From: an uncultured Armatimonadetes bacterium | GTDB lineage: Bacteria > Armatimonadota > Hebobacteria > Hebobacterales > Hebobacteraceae | Length of the DNA stretch: 64,000 bases | NCBI GenBank assembly: GCA_963716175.1 | Contig: OY970296.1 | Span: 1,888,001 to 1,952,000, forward strand | Direction of reading: 5' to 3' | Shown here: in pieces, positions 9,613-19,378 of the stretch | Layout: the number at the start of each line of letters is the position of its first letter | Position numbering within the stretch: the first letter of the stretch is position 1 | Program-made: the position numbers and the translations under genes | Notes under the pieces: generated by a model | Told to the model about the DNA's origin: nothing | Databases searched by the model: none | Seen by the model: only the letters and a program-made list of their open reading frames with translations

Positions 9613-12027
9613 CTAACGAGCCACCTCGCCAGCTCGGTACGGCCACTTCCAGTCGGTGATCTCCAGTTTGTCCACGCCCTCCTGATGGGCGTAATCGGTA
9701 TTCTCGATGATCTGGTTCTTCAGCCAGTCCTTGACATGCGCCCCCGCGACCTGAAGCGTGGGAACCCGGTCGATGACGTCAATCGCTAAGCTGAACCGGT
9801 CGATCTGGTTGCGCATCGCCAGGTCCAACGGGGTGTTGATATTCCCGTGTTCCTTGTAGCCGCGTACATGGAGGTTCCTGTGGTTGGTCCGGCGGTAGGC
9901 AAGCTTGTGGATCAGCCAGGGATAGCCGTGGAAGTTGAAGATGATCGGCTTGTCGAGGGTGAACAGGCTGTCGAAGTCTTTGTCTGACAGGCCATGTGGG
10001 TGTTCGGTCTCAGGTTGCAGGGCGAACAGGTCGACCACGTTGACGAAGCGGAGCTTCAGCTCCGGGAAATGCTCGCGCAGCAGGGCCGCCGCCGCCAGGG
10101 CTTCGGTAGTGGGGACATCGCCCGCACAGGCGAGGACGACGTCGGGCTCGCCTCCTTCGTCGGTGCTCGCCCAGTCCCAGATCCCGATGCCCTTGGAGCA
10201 GTGCTGGATGGCTTCCTCCATGGTTAGGTATTGGAGGTGAGGCTGCTTGTCCGACACAATGACGTTCGCATAGCCCGTGCTGCGCAGACAGTGGTCCATC
10301 ACCGACAGCAGGCAGTTGGCATCAGGCGGCAGGTAGATGCGCACGACCTTCGCGCTCTTGTTGGTGACCACATCCAGGAAGCCGGGATCCTGGTGGCTGA
10401 AGCCGTTGTGGTCCTGACGCCAGACGGTGGATGTTACCAGGAGATTCAGGGAGGACACAGGGGCCCGCCATGGGACGTCCTGGCACTTCTCCAGCCACTT
10501 CGCGTGCTGATTGAACATGGAGTCTATCACGTGGATGAAGGCCTCATAGGAGGCGAAGAGGCCATGGCGTCCAGTCAGCAGGTATCCCTCCAGCCAGCCC
10601 TCCAGGGTGTGCTCGCTGAGCATCTCCATCACCCGGCCGTCAGGCGACAACTCGCTGCCATCCGCGTCCTCGGGTATGATCTCCGCCATCCAGGCCTTCT
10701 TGGTGGCGTCGTAGATGGCGGTGAGGCGATTGGAGGCGGTCTCGTCCGGGCCAAAGACCCGGAAGCTCGTCATGTTGTTCCGCATCACATCGCGCAGGAA
10801 GACGCTCAGCACCTGGGTGTTCTCGGCCATGGTGGCGCCCGGCACAGTCACCGCGGCGGCGTAGGCGCGGAAGTCGGGCAGGCGCAGCGGCTTGCGCACC
10901 GCACCGCCATTGGCAAGGGGGTTGGCGCTCATCCGACGGGGGCCGACGGGCGCCAACTCCTTCAGCTCGGGGACCAGCCGGCCGCTCTCATCGAACAGCT
11001 CCTCGGGCTTGTAGCTCCGCATCCACTCTTCGAGCAACTTCAGGTGCGCCGGGCTGTCCTGAACCTGGAGAGGTACCTGGTGGGAGCGCCAGAAGCCCTC
11101 CACTTTGTGGCCGTCCACTTCCTTGGGGCCCGTCCAACCCTTGGGGGTGCGGAGCACGATCATCGGCCACTGGGGACACGCAGCGACCCCCTTGGTTCGG
11201 GCGTCCTGCTGGACGTGCTTGATCTCGGCGCATACGGCCTCCAGTGTCTGCGCCATGAGCTGGTGCATGGTTCCGGGATCGGAGCCTTCGACCCAATGGG
11301 GCCGGTACCCGTAGCCCACGAGCAAGCTCTCCAGCTGCTCGTGGCTGATCCGTGCCAGTACCGTCGGATTGGCGATCTTATAGCCGTTCAGATGCAGGAC
11401 AGGAAGCACAGCCCCATCCCGGATGGGGCTGAGGAACTTGTTGGAGTGCCACGCCGTTGCCAGGGGCCCAGTCTCGGCCTCACCGTCGCCTATCATGACG
11501 GCAGCGATCAGATCAGGGTTATCGAAGGCCGCGCCATAGGCATGCGAGAGGCTGTAGCCCAACTCTCCTCCCTCGTGAATGGAGCCCGGCGTCTCCGGAG
11601 TGCAATGGCTGCCGATGCCGCCTGGGAACGAGAATTGCTGGAAGAACCTCCGCATTCCCTCCGCGTCCTCGCTCTTGTCCGGGTAGACCTCCGAGTAGGT
11701 CCCCTCCAGATACGCGTTGGCGAGGACGGCGGGAGCGCCGTGGCCCGGGCCCGAGAGGTAGATCATGTTCAGGTCGTGCTTCCTGATCAGCCGGTTCAGG
11801 TGCACCCACGTCAGAGTCTGGCCGGGGTCCGTTCCCCAGTGACCCAGGAGGCGCTTCTTGATGTGCTCGATCCTCAGGGGCTCTCTCAGGAGCGGGTTCT
11901 CCTGGAGATAGATCATGCCGACGCACAGGTAGAGGCTCGCGCGCCAGTAGGCGTCGATCTTCCGTAGCTCCTCCGCGCTCAAGGGTCCCTTCGGGGCTCT
12001 GGCCCTGGCGGTTGGCGATCCGGCCAT
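9613..12027 (-). CDS. xfp: Phosphoketolase (xylulose-5-P/fructose-6-P)
   Basis: [32 protein letters not shown] ThDP motif, [12 protein letters not shown]; TGATG coupling with the ackA stop. Confidence 0.95.
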   Translation of the reverse strand: MAGSPTARARAPKGPLSAEELRKIDAYWRASLYLCVGMIYLQENPLLREPLRIEHIKKRLLGHWGTDPGQTLTWVHLNRLIRKHDLNMIYLSGPGHGAPAVLANAYLEGTYSEVYPDKSEDAEGMRRFFQQFSFPGGIGSHCTPETPGSIHEGGELGYSLSHAYGAAFDNPDLIAAVMIGDGEAETGPLATAWHSNKFLSPIRDGAVLPVLHLNGYKIANPTVLARISHEQLESLLVGYGYRPHWVEGSDPGTMHQLMAQTLEAVCAEIKHVQQDARTKGVAACPQWPMIVLRTPKGWTGPKEVDGHKVEGFWRSHQVPLQVQDSPAHLKLLEEWMRSYKPEELFDESGRLVPELKELAPVGPRRMSANPLANGGAVRKPLRLPDFRAYAAAVTVPGATMAENTQVLSVFLRDVMRNNMTSFRVFGPDETASNRLTAIYDATKKAWMAEIIPEDADGSELSPDGRVMEMLSEHTLEGWLEGYLLTGRHGLFASYEAFIHVIDSMFNQHAKWLEKCQDVPWRAPVSSLNLLVTSTVWRQDHNGFSHQDPGFLDVVTNKSAKVVRIYLPPDANCLLSVMDHCLRSTGYANVIVSDKQPHLQYLTMEEAIQHCSKGIGIWDWASTDEGGEPDVVLACAGDVPTTEALAAAALLREHFPELKLRFVNVVDLFALQPETEHPHGLSDKDFDSLFTLDKPIIFNFHGYPWLIHKLAYRRTNHRNLHVRGYKEHGNINTPLDLAMRNQIDRFSLAIDVIDRVPTLQVAGAHVKDWLKNQIIENTDYAHQEGVDKLEITDWKWPYRAGEVAR

Positions 12028-13229
12028 CACGGCCTCCTCAGCTCGCGGACTATCCGGTAGGTGTGCCGCGCGATCATCAGTTCCTCATCCGTCTTCATGA
12101 CACGGGCGGAGACTGGGCTGTCATCGCGGGATATGACGGGCGCGCTCGCGTCGTTGCGGTCCGGGTCCAGACGGAGGCCCAGGAATCCCACCTTCTCACA
12201 GATACGCCGGCGAATCGCCGCCGCGTTCTCCCCGATGCCACCCGTGAAGACCAGCGTATCTATGCCGCCCAGCACCGCCGCCAGCGCCCCCAGGAACTTC
12301 GTCGCCTGGTAGCAGAAGAGCCCGACGGCCAGCGCCGCGCGGGCGTCGGTCGCCTCTCTCTCCAGGAGATCTCTCATGTCAGAGGTCCGGCCGGACAGGC
12401 CCAAGAGGCCGGAGCGGTGGTTGAGCAGGTCGCGCACCTCCGCGGGGCTGAGACCTTTCTCTTCGATCAAGTAGAGGACAACGGAGGGGTCGAGGTCGCC
12501 CGAGCGAGTGCTCATCACCAGCCCGCCGGTGGGAGTGAACCCCATGGTCGTGTCCACGCTCCGGCCCTCGCGCAGCGCGACCATACTGGCGCCGTTGCCC
12601 AGATGTGCGATGACGACGCGACCGTCCGCGACTGCGTTGCCGGCCCGGGCCCGCAGCTCGCCCAGGAGATACTCGCATGAGAGGCCGTGGAAACCATAGC
12701 GGATGATCCCCTCGGACTCCGGCCCCTGGGGCAGCGCGTACACCTGCGCGAGCTCCGGCATCTGTCGGTGGAAGGCGGTGTCGAAGCAGGCCACCTGCTG
12801 CGACGCGGGGTAGTGCCTCTCCACAGCCTCGATCGCCTTGATCTCATGCGGGAGGTGATCGGGCGCGAGCGGGATCAGCTCTCTCAGGGTGGCCACCAAC
12901 TCCGGCGTGATTCGTTCCGGCTGGCTGTGCTTCGCCCCCCCATGCACCACTCGGTGGCCCACTGCGTCCACGCCGTGACCGCCCTCGTGGCTGCCCAGCC
13001 ATCCGAGAAGCTCTTGCAGCGCGGCATCGTGACTCGGCAGCGGCAGCTGCTGCTCGGTCAGGATCTGGCCCGCGTCATCCCTGACGTGGAACAGGCCGTG
13101 GTCCACGCCGATCCGTTCCATCACCCCATGCAGCTGAAGCTGCTCTGACCCGGTCATGTGGTAGAGAGCGAACTTCACACTGGAGGAGCCGCTGTTGATG
13201 GTCAGTGTCCGCGATCCGGGTGCGCCGAT
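12027..13229 (-). CDS. ackA: Acetate kinase, probably with a non-canonical ATC start
   Basis: [45 protein letters not shown]. The N-terminal motif lies upstream of the first GTG (13178). GGAGG SD lies 6 nt before ATC at 13229. Confidence 0.9.
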   Translation of the reverse strand: MGAPGSRTLTINSGSSSVKFALYHMTGSEQLQLHGVMERIGVDHGLFHVRDDAGQILTEQQLPLPSHDAALQELLGWLGSHEGGHGVDAVGHRVVHGGAKHSQPERITPELVATLRELIPLAPDHLPHEIKAIEAVERHYPASQQVACFDTAFHRQMPELAQVYALPQGPESEGIIRYGFHGLSCEYLLGELRARAGNAVADGRVVIAHLGNGASMVALREGRSVDTTMGFTPTGGLVMSTRSGDLDPSVVLYLIEEKGLSPAEVRDLLNHRSGLLGLSGRTSDMRDLLEREATDARAALAVGLFCYQATKFLGALAAVLGGIDTLVFTGGIGENAAAIRRRICEKVGFLGLRLDPDRNDASAPVISRDDSPVSARVMKTDEELMIARHTYRIVRELRRP

Positions 13230-13385
13230 GGTGATCCTCCCCGTCAGCCGAAAGGACGTGGCCCGGGCCAGTCGAGGCCGGACCGCATGCGTGCGCTCTG
13301 GCGCCCTACTCAGTTGCCCGGGTGCTGTGATAGCCCTGTCGCGCCCAGGGCCCAGACCTCGAGCGATACCTAACCGGCAGGCCGA

Positions 13386-15917
13386 TCAGCCCAGGCCATG
13401 TCGGCGGTAGAACCAGGCCTTTACCCACTGCACCAAGACCAGGTAGGTGGTCGTCAGCACGATCAGGGCTGCCAGCAGAGGCCCCGGAAGCGGGCTGAAC
13501 CCCAGCCACGGGCCCAGTGGCGTGTAGGGCCATATCACAGCGACCAGGACGATGGCCGTGACGCCCATGAGCATCGTTCTGCTCGGCCGGCTGCGGAACG
13601 GATTCCCCGCGGTGCGGATGACGAAGACCACCAGCGTCTGGGTAGCGAGCGATTCCACGAACCAGCCGGTGTGGAAGAGCCGCTCGTTCGCATGGAACCC
13701 CCAGAGCAGCACCCCAAAAGTGAGGAAGTCATAGATCGAGCTGATGGGGCCCATCACCACCATGAACTGGCGGATGAAGTCCACCCGCCAGCGGCGGGGG
13801 TGGCGCAGCAGCTCCGGGTCCACGTTGTCCGTGGGGATGCTGAGTTGCGAGGTGTCGTAGAGCAGGTTGTTGAGCAAGATCTGGGTCGGCAGCATCGGCA
13901 GGAACGGCAAGAAGAGCGAGGCGGCCGCCATGCTGAACATGTTGCCGAAGTTCGAGCTGGTGCCCATGATAATGTACTTGAGAATGTTGGCGAAGCTGCG
14001 GCGCCCCTCCACCACTCCGTCGTGAAGCACGCGGAGATCCTTCTCCAGGAGGATAATGTTGGCCGCGTCCTTCGCCACCTCTACGGCGTTCATCACCGAG
14101 ATCCCGACATCGGCGGCGTGCAGTGACGGCGCGTCGTTGATTCCATCGCCGATGAACCCTACCACTCTCCCCTGCGCTCTGAGGGCGGTCATCACCCGGT
14201 TCTTCTGCTCCGGCGAGACCCGGGCGAAGATGGCCCCGTGCTCCGCCTGGAAGGCGAGGGCGGCATCGTCCAGACCGTCGACCTCAGGCCCGACCAGGAC
14301 GCGCTCGGTCGGCAGGCCGACGTCGCGGGCGATCTTGCGCGTCACGTATTCGTTATCACCGGTCATCACGACAACCGCGATGCCGTCCTCATGGAGTGCC
14401 TGGAGGGTGGCCTGCACGTCCTCCTTGGGCGGGTCGAGGAAGGCGCCGAACCCGACCAGCACCATCTCCCGCTCTTCACCTCGGACGTAGGCCGGCTGCT
14501 TCGCCACCGACCTGATGGCGACTCCGAGCACGCGGTAGCCCTCGGCCCCCAGGACCTGGTAGACGGCCTCCGCCGTCTCCCGGCGCGCCGCGTCGAAGGG
14601 CTGCTCGGTGCCGTCGATGCTCACCGACGTGCAGACATCGAACACGTCTTCGGCGGCGCCTTTCGTGATCAGGAGGCACTCATCACGCCGCGCGACGACC
14701 ACCGAAAGGCGCCGCCGGCCGAAGTCAAAGGGTATCTCGTCGAGCTTGCTATACTGGTCGATCGCGGGATGCGAATGCTTGAGAATCGCGTCGTCCAGGG
14801 GGCTCTTGATACCGGCCTCGAAGAAGCTGTTCAGGTACAGCAGCTGCATTACCCGGTCGTCGTCATACCCCTGGGCGTCCAGGTGCCGGTCGAGCACGAT
14901 CTCGCCTTCGGTGAGGGTGCCGGTCTTGTCGCTGCAGAGGATCTCGATGCTCCCGAAATTCTCGATGGAGGCGAGCTGCTTGACGATCACCTTCTTGCGC
15001 GCCATGGTGCGCGCGCCCTGGGCCAGCGTCGCGGAGATGACTACCGGCAGCAGCTCAGGCGTTAGCCCCACCGCCAGGGCGATGGAGAAGAGCAGCGACT
15101 CCAGCAGCGGACGGTGGAACCAGACGTTCACCGCGAAGACGAAGACGACCAGGAAGATGATGACGCGCGTGACCATCAGGCCGAACCGATGGATGCCGCG
15201 GTCGAACTCGGTCTCGGGTGGCCGCTGCGAAAGCCTGGCCGCGATGGCCCCAAACGCGGTGGTTGCGCCCGTGTGGACCACCACGGCCGTCGCCAGGCCG
15301 GTCTGGACGGTGGTGCCCAGGAAGACGCTGTTGGTGGCCTGGGACATGCCCACGTGGTCGCCGGCGAGATCCGCCACCTCCTTTTCGACCGGCAGCGATT
15401 CCCCCGTGAGCGCGGACTCGCGCACCTGCAGGTCCTTCTCTTCGAGCAGGCGCGCATCCGCGGGCACCAGATCACCTGCATTGAGCCTAATGGTATCCCC
15501 GGGAACCAGATCGGCGATGGGAAGCTCCTGTTCCCGGCCCTCGCGAACCACACTCGCCTTAGAGGCCACCTGGCTCCGCAGCTCTGCCACCGCGCGCCGC
15601 GCCTGGAAGGATTGGTAGAAGTTCACAAGCACGCTGAGCAGGACAATCGCGATGATGATCCCGGCGCTGACGCGTTCACCGGTGACCGCGGAGACGATGG
15701 CGGCGCCCAAGAGGATCAGGACGAGGGGGTTCAGGAAGAGACGCAGGATCTCGGCAACCGGCGCGAACCGCGACTCCCGGGCGAGACTGTTGGGGCCGAA
15801 CTGGCGCAGCCTGTTCTCGGCCTCAGCCGCTGCCAAGCCTTGCGGCGTGGCCCCAAGCTGCACCAGCAGTTGGTCCAGCGGGATCTCCCAGAACCCGCGC
15901 CCTTCTCCGACGGCCAT
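13386..15917 (-). CDS. mgtA: Mg2+-transporting P-type ATPase
   Basis: TGES, PELLP, DKTGTLT, GDGINDAP, SSNFGNMFS and FHTGWFVESL motifs. Confidence 0.92.
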   Translation of the reverse strand: MAVGEGRGFWEIPLDQLLVQLGATPQGLAAAEAENRLRQFGPNSLARESRFAPVAEILRLFLNPLVLILLGAAIVSAVTGERVSAGIIIAIVLLSVLVNFYQSFQARRAVAELRSQVASKASVVREGREQELPIADLVPGDTIRLNAGDLVPADARLLEEKDLQVRESALTGESLPVEKEVADLAGDHVGMSQATNSVFLGTTVQTGLATAVVVHTGATTAFGAIAARLSQRPPETEFDRGIHRFGLMVTRVIIFLVVFVFAVNVWFHRPLLESLLFSIALAVGLTPELLPVVISATLAQGARTMARKKVIVKQLASIENFGSIEILCSDKTGTLTEGEIVLDRHLDAQGYDDDRVMQLLYLNSFFEAGIKSPLDDAILKHSHPAIDQYSKLDEIPFDFGRRRLSVVVARRDECLLITKGAAEDVFDVCTSVSIDGTEQPFDAARRETAEAVYQVLGAEGYRVLGVAIRSVAKQPAYVRGEEREMVLVGFGAFLDPPKEDVQATLQALHEDGIAVVVMTGDNEYVTRKIARDVGLPTERVLVGPEVDGLDDAALAFQAEHGAIFARVSPEQKNRVMTALRAQGRVVGFIGDGINDAPSLHAADVGISVMNAVEVAKDAANIILLEKDLRVLHDGVVEGRRSFANILKYIIMGTSSNFGNMFSMAAASLFLPFLPMLPTQILLNNLLYDTSQLSIPTDNVDPELLRHPRRWRVDFIRQFMVVMGPISSIYDFLTFGVLLWGFHANERLFHTGWFVESLATQTLVVFVIRTAGNPFRSRPSRTMLMGVTAIVLVAVIWPYTPLGPWLGFSPLPGPLLAALIVLTTTYLVLVQWVKAWFYRRHGLG

Positions 15918-16084
15918 CTCGTAGCTCCCTCGTGCGCCAGGTCGACTCTTGAGCGAGCAGCAGCTTCGGGCTTGGTTCGTCACGTCACCCCATCATCCTG
16001 TGCCGCCTGGCGCACTCGCTCCGGGGCGTGCTTTTCTTCACCAGGAACTGGTCGTATCATGAGTCATGCCAGACCGGGCTGCTG

Positions 16085-16180
16085 TGTGCGTGTTAAGTCG
16101 GCTTGGGACACCGGTCGGGCGACGCTGATGGTGTCCTGCGCCTGACGGGTGATGGCAAGACGGTAGGCGTGGCCGCGGCG
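16085..16180 (+). mobile_element. Module C: IS481-like terminal remnant (TGTGCGTGTTAAG..CTTGGGACA)
   Basis: Homologous copies at 22705, 41619 and 60903, all on the + strand; TGT terminus. Confidence 0.6.
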
Positions 16181-16228
16181 ATGGGACTGAAGTGGGCGGT
16201 TCGGGCTTGCCCGCGGGACGGGAGACGG

Positions 16229-16460
16229 CTCAATTCCCACACGGACTAGGCAGTGGGAATCGAAACCCCCAACCTCGTCCGATGGCGGAGAGTGTTCGAT
16301 GGTGAGTGTAGTTTCCTCCACCTCCTGTAAACCAGAAGCCAAGTCTCGTCTACAGCTGCAGAGAGTGTCTGATCCCAGGTCAGTCTCCCCCCGCCATGGT
16401 CCCGTTCCGGCAGGACCGCCGCCCACCCCGCCGAAGCATCCCGTGTGGTCGCCCCAGGCA
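16229..16460 (+). repeat. Module A units plus linker leading into the hairpin repeat
   Basis: 16311-16478 reads identical to 29326-29493 and near-identical to 57586-57746. Confidence 0.85.
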
Positions 16461-16478
16461 CCCCCGACTCCGGCTACC

Positions 16479-17771
16479 TGTGCGGACCGGTTACATGGGT
16501 AACGGATGTGCCGAGTACATAGGTAACACTTCTACTCCGCCTTCGGGCACTCCCCTAGTGTCAGGCGTTTGATCACCTGATGGCAGAAGAGCACCTCCAC
16601 CAGGCCGTCGATATCAGTGGCGCGCACGGCCACCGGCTGACCGCGGAAGGCCTTGGAAACGGGCAGCAGACGCCCCCCGAAGTGCACCTCGCCCCCACGC
16701 TGCACCTTGCGCACCGGCAGCCCCGGCGGGTACTGGATCGGCTCCAGCTGCGCGGGGTAGGCGCGCAGGCTGGGCTGGTAGCGACTTGCCGGCACCTCCA
16801 GCGCGAGCGCCTCGTGAGGGCGCAGGAAGTTATATTGCTCCCGCCACGGATCCAGGTGCGCCTGCAGGTGCTCCCCGTCTCGCCACTGGTGCCGCGCCAG
16901 CAGCTCTCGCTGCAAGCTGCCATGGAAGCGTTCATCCTTGCCCACGGTCTGGGGATGGTAGGGCCGAGAGTGAGTCACGTATATCCCCAGCCGCATCAGC
17001 CACACCGCCAGCGCCCCATATGCGTCCGCGGCCAGATCTCCCCAGGGACCTCCATTGTCCGACAGCATCGCCTCCGGCACCCCATAGTGCCGGAAAGCGG
17101 CCACTAGCGCCGCCTGCACGGAGCACCCGTCCTGCTTGGGCAGCGCCTGCAGAGAGAGGGCAAAGCGAGAATGATCGTCCAGCACGCTCAGCACGTGCTG
17201 GGGACCCGTCTGCGTCGCTACCGGCGCCTTGAAGTCCATCTGCCAGAGGTCGTTGGGCAGTGGGCGCTCGAAACGCACCCAGGGGCGCTGACCCGCAGGC
17301 GAGTCCGCACCGATGAGCGCGTGCCGATGCAGGGTCGCGGTAATGGAGCTGGTGGCTGGCACGGGGTGGAGGCCCTGGTTGCGGAGCAGCCGGCGAAGCT
17401 TGCGGGCTCCCCAGCACGGGTGCGCCTGGCGGAGCGCCACGATTGCCTGCTGGGTGGCTGCCGGCAGTTGCGGGCGCCTCCGGTGGGGCCGGCGGGAGTG
17501 ATCCCGCAAGCCCACTTCCCCGGCCTCAGCAAAGCGATAACACCATTTGTAGCCGATCCTGGGGCTGATGCCGAAGCGGCGGCACAGATCCCGAAACGGC
17601 ACCCTCCCCTGCTGGGCGAACATCACAAACTCCCGTCGCTGCTGCTCCACGGTAACTGGCTCCCAGGGCATGGCCCCTCTCCTCTAGGAAGAGATGCATG
17701 CCTCTATAGTAACCGCTTGCCCGTTACCTATGTATCCGGTACGAGTGTTACCTATCTATCCAGTCTGTACA
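16479..17771 (-). mobile_element. IS481-family insertion sequence, copy 1 (1293 bp)
   Basis: TGT...ACA ends with repeated ACATAGGTAAC-like motifs; 5-bp target duplication CTACC (16474-16478 and 17772-17776). Confidence 0.93.
16532..17671 (-). CDS. IS481 family DDE transposase
   Basis: N-terminal HTH, WGARKL, WQMDFK, SDNG, GKDERFH, YNFLRPHEAL. Confidence 0.95.
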   Translation of the reverse strand: MPWEPVTVEQQRREFVMFAQQGRVPFRDLCRRFGISPRIGYKWCYRFAEAGEVGLRDHSRRPHRRRPQLPAATQQAIVALRQAHPCWGARKLRRLLRNQGLHPVPATSSITATLHRHALIGADSPAGQRPWVRFERPLPNDLWQMDFKAPVATQTGPQHVLSVLDDHSRFALSLQALPKQDGCSVQAALVAAFRHYGVPEAMLSDNGGPWGDLAADAYGALAVWLMRLGIYVTHSRPYHPQTVGKDERFHGSLQRELLARHQWRDGEHLQAHLDPWREQYNFLRPHEALALEVPASRYQPSLRAYPAQLEPIQYPPGLPVRKVQRGGEVHFGGRLLPVSKAFRGQPVAVRATDIDGLVEVLFCHQVIKRLTLGECPKAE

Positions 17772-17889
17772 CTACCCCCTCGGCTGGGAGTCACTACCCG
17801 GGGCTCCGTCGCGGACAGGGACATCAGCCGCGCCACGGGGCGATCTCGGAGAGACCCGCCCAGTCGGATCCTCTGTCGCTGCTCTTCTG

Positions 17890-17995
17890 CATCCTCTATG
17901 CCTCCCAGTACAGGGGTATGCACGAAGGGAGAGAAGAGCACGAGACGGGCAGTAGCGGCGGCCTGGGCGCCAGATGAGTTTCTGGACAGCAGGGG
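17890..17995 (-). mobile_element. Module B: left-end remnant of the integrase-core-type IS
   Basis: caggggtatgcacgaagggagagaa...gatgagtttctggacagcagggg is shared with 19170, 24480 and 59556. Confidence 0.7.
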
Positions 17996-18021
17996 CCCAC
18001 GTGTCGGCCCAGGGGAATACC

Positions 18022-18813
18022 ATGGACGCTATCAGTAAGGACAACCGGGAGCGCTGGAACGCTTTGGCGAATGCCAACGTGATGTACTCGGTGCCCTACC
18101 TAGACTTCACCCGTGAGAACGCCGCTGACTACGCGTATGGCTATGGCATTCTCAAGGACGTCTCCGGGAAGAGGGTCCTCTGTCTGGCCAACGGCGGCGG
18201 GCAAGCGTCGGTCGCCTTTGGGTTGCTGGGCGCTGACGTTACCGTGCTCGATCTCTCGGACGTGCAGCTCGCACGCGACCGGGAGGCGGCGCGCCATCAT
18301 GGGCTGACGGTGGAGACTGTCCAGGGAGACATGCGCGACCTGTCTACGTTCGGCACGAGCCACTTCGACGTCGTCTGGCAGCCCTACTCGCTGAACTACA
18401 GCCCCACCGTGGAACCCGTCTTCCGGGAAGTGGCCCGTGTTCTCAAGCCCGAGGGCATCTACCACGTGACCTTCGCGAATCCGTTCACACAGGCCGTGGA
18501 TGATGATAGTTGGGATGGCGAAGGATACCGCCTGCGCGGTCTCTATAGTGATGGCGAGGACATGAGCCGCTACTTCCCGACCTGGGACGTGGAGCAGTCG
18601 GACGGCTCGATCATCACGGTGGATCGCCCTCACGAGTTCCGTCACAACCTGAGCACCGTGCTGAATGCACTCGTGCAGAACGGGTTCGTCCTGCTGCACC
18701 TGAAGGAATGGATGCGCCACGCCGAGCCCCTTGAGCCTGGTTCCTGGCCCCACTTCACCCAGGCTGCCCCGCCCTGGTTCGACTCGTTCTGGCAGCTCAG
18801 CAAGGCGCGATAG
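18022..18813 (+). CDS. Class I SAM-dependent methyltransferase
   Basis: VLCLANGGGQ motif I, VLDLS, GDMRDL, RVLKPEG. Confidence 0.9.
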   Translation: MDAISKDNRERWNALANANVMYSVPYLDFTRENAADYAYGYGILKDVSGKRVLCLANGGGQASVAFGLLGADVTVLDLSDVQLARDREAARHHGLTVETVQGDMRDLSTFGTSHFDVVWQPYSLNYSPTVEPVFREVARVLKPEGIYHVTFANPFTQAVDDDSWDGEGYRLRGLYSDGEDMSRYFPTWDVEQSDGSIITVDRPHEFRHNLSTVLNALVQNGFVLLHLKEWMRHAEPLEPGSWPHFTQAAPPWFDSFWQLSKAR

Positions 18814-18993
18814 GGAAGCCCGGGCGAACTGCAACTGGCGCGCGTGGACGAACGGATGACGGCGGCGGAGACAGATCAAGAGCGAATACAGAGATGGCTG
18901 CGCTGGTGCCCAGGGCAGGAGCAGCTTCAGCTATGAAGCTGCCGAGAACTGCACGGGTACTTGGACTGTGAGCTCGTAGCCTGTGAGACCGAC

Positions 18994-19085
18994 TGCCCCT
19001 GTCAGCCGCCCGTAAGGCCGCCCCCGGGCGCCCCCGACTCCGGCTACCCCCTCGGCTCGGGGTCACTGCCTGGGGTTTCGTCGCG
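18994..19085 (+). repeat. Hairpin repeat copy 2 with left terminal arm
   Basis: tgcccctgtcagccgcccgt...; core 19036-19064. Confidence 0.9.
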
Positions 19086-19159
19086 CGTGAGACGTGACCA
19101 GCTGAGGCACGACAGCGGCCGAAGTGCTGGAGGCCCTACCCAGTCCAGTCCCGGATCGA

Positions 19160-19222
19160 CATCCTCGCCTATCCTCGGTGCCTCCCGGAACAGGGGTATG
19201 CACGAAGGGAGAGAATAGCACG
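19160..19222 (-). mobile_element. Module B partial remnant
   Basis: cctcggtgcctcccggaacaggggtatgcacgaagggagagaatagcac. Confidence 0.65.
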
Positions 19223-19378
19223 TGGGCGAGGAGGCCGGCAGTCTTCATGCATGTGATGGCGCTGGTTCTCCACTGGGTGGGGTGCACTACCGCGGTGGTC
19301 GTCCGTGAGTCCCGGGTGGCGCGTCTCATCCCATTCCCAGCGGGCCTCCACAACAAGTATGCCCTGGGGGAGGTGTTC

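Larger units (their letters stand above)
16452..17803 (+). repeat. Hairpin repeat copy 1, split by IS481
   Basis: gactccggCTACC|IS|CTACCccctcggctgggagtc. Confidence 0.9.

Noticed and set aside
10231-11967. Long antisense ORFs (also 4267-5556, 24704-26137, 27433-28596, 35829-37484, 53505-55073)
   Set aside because: Shadow ORFs opposite well-supported genes in high-GC DNA
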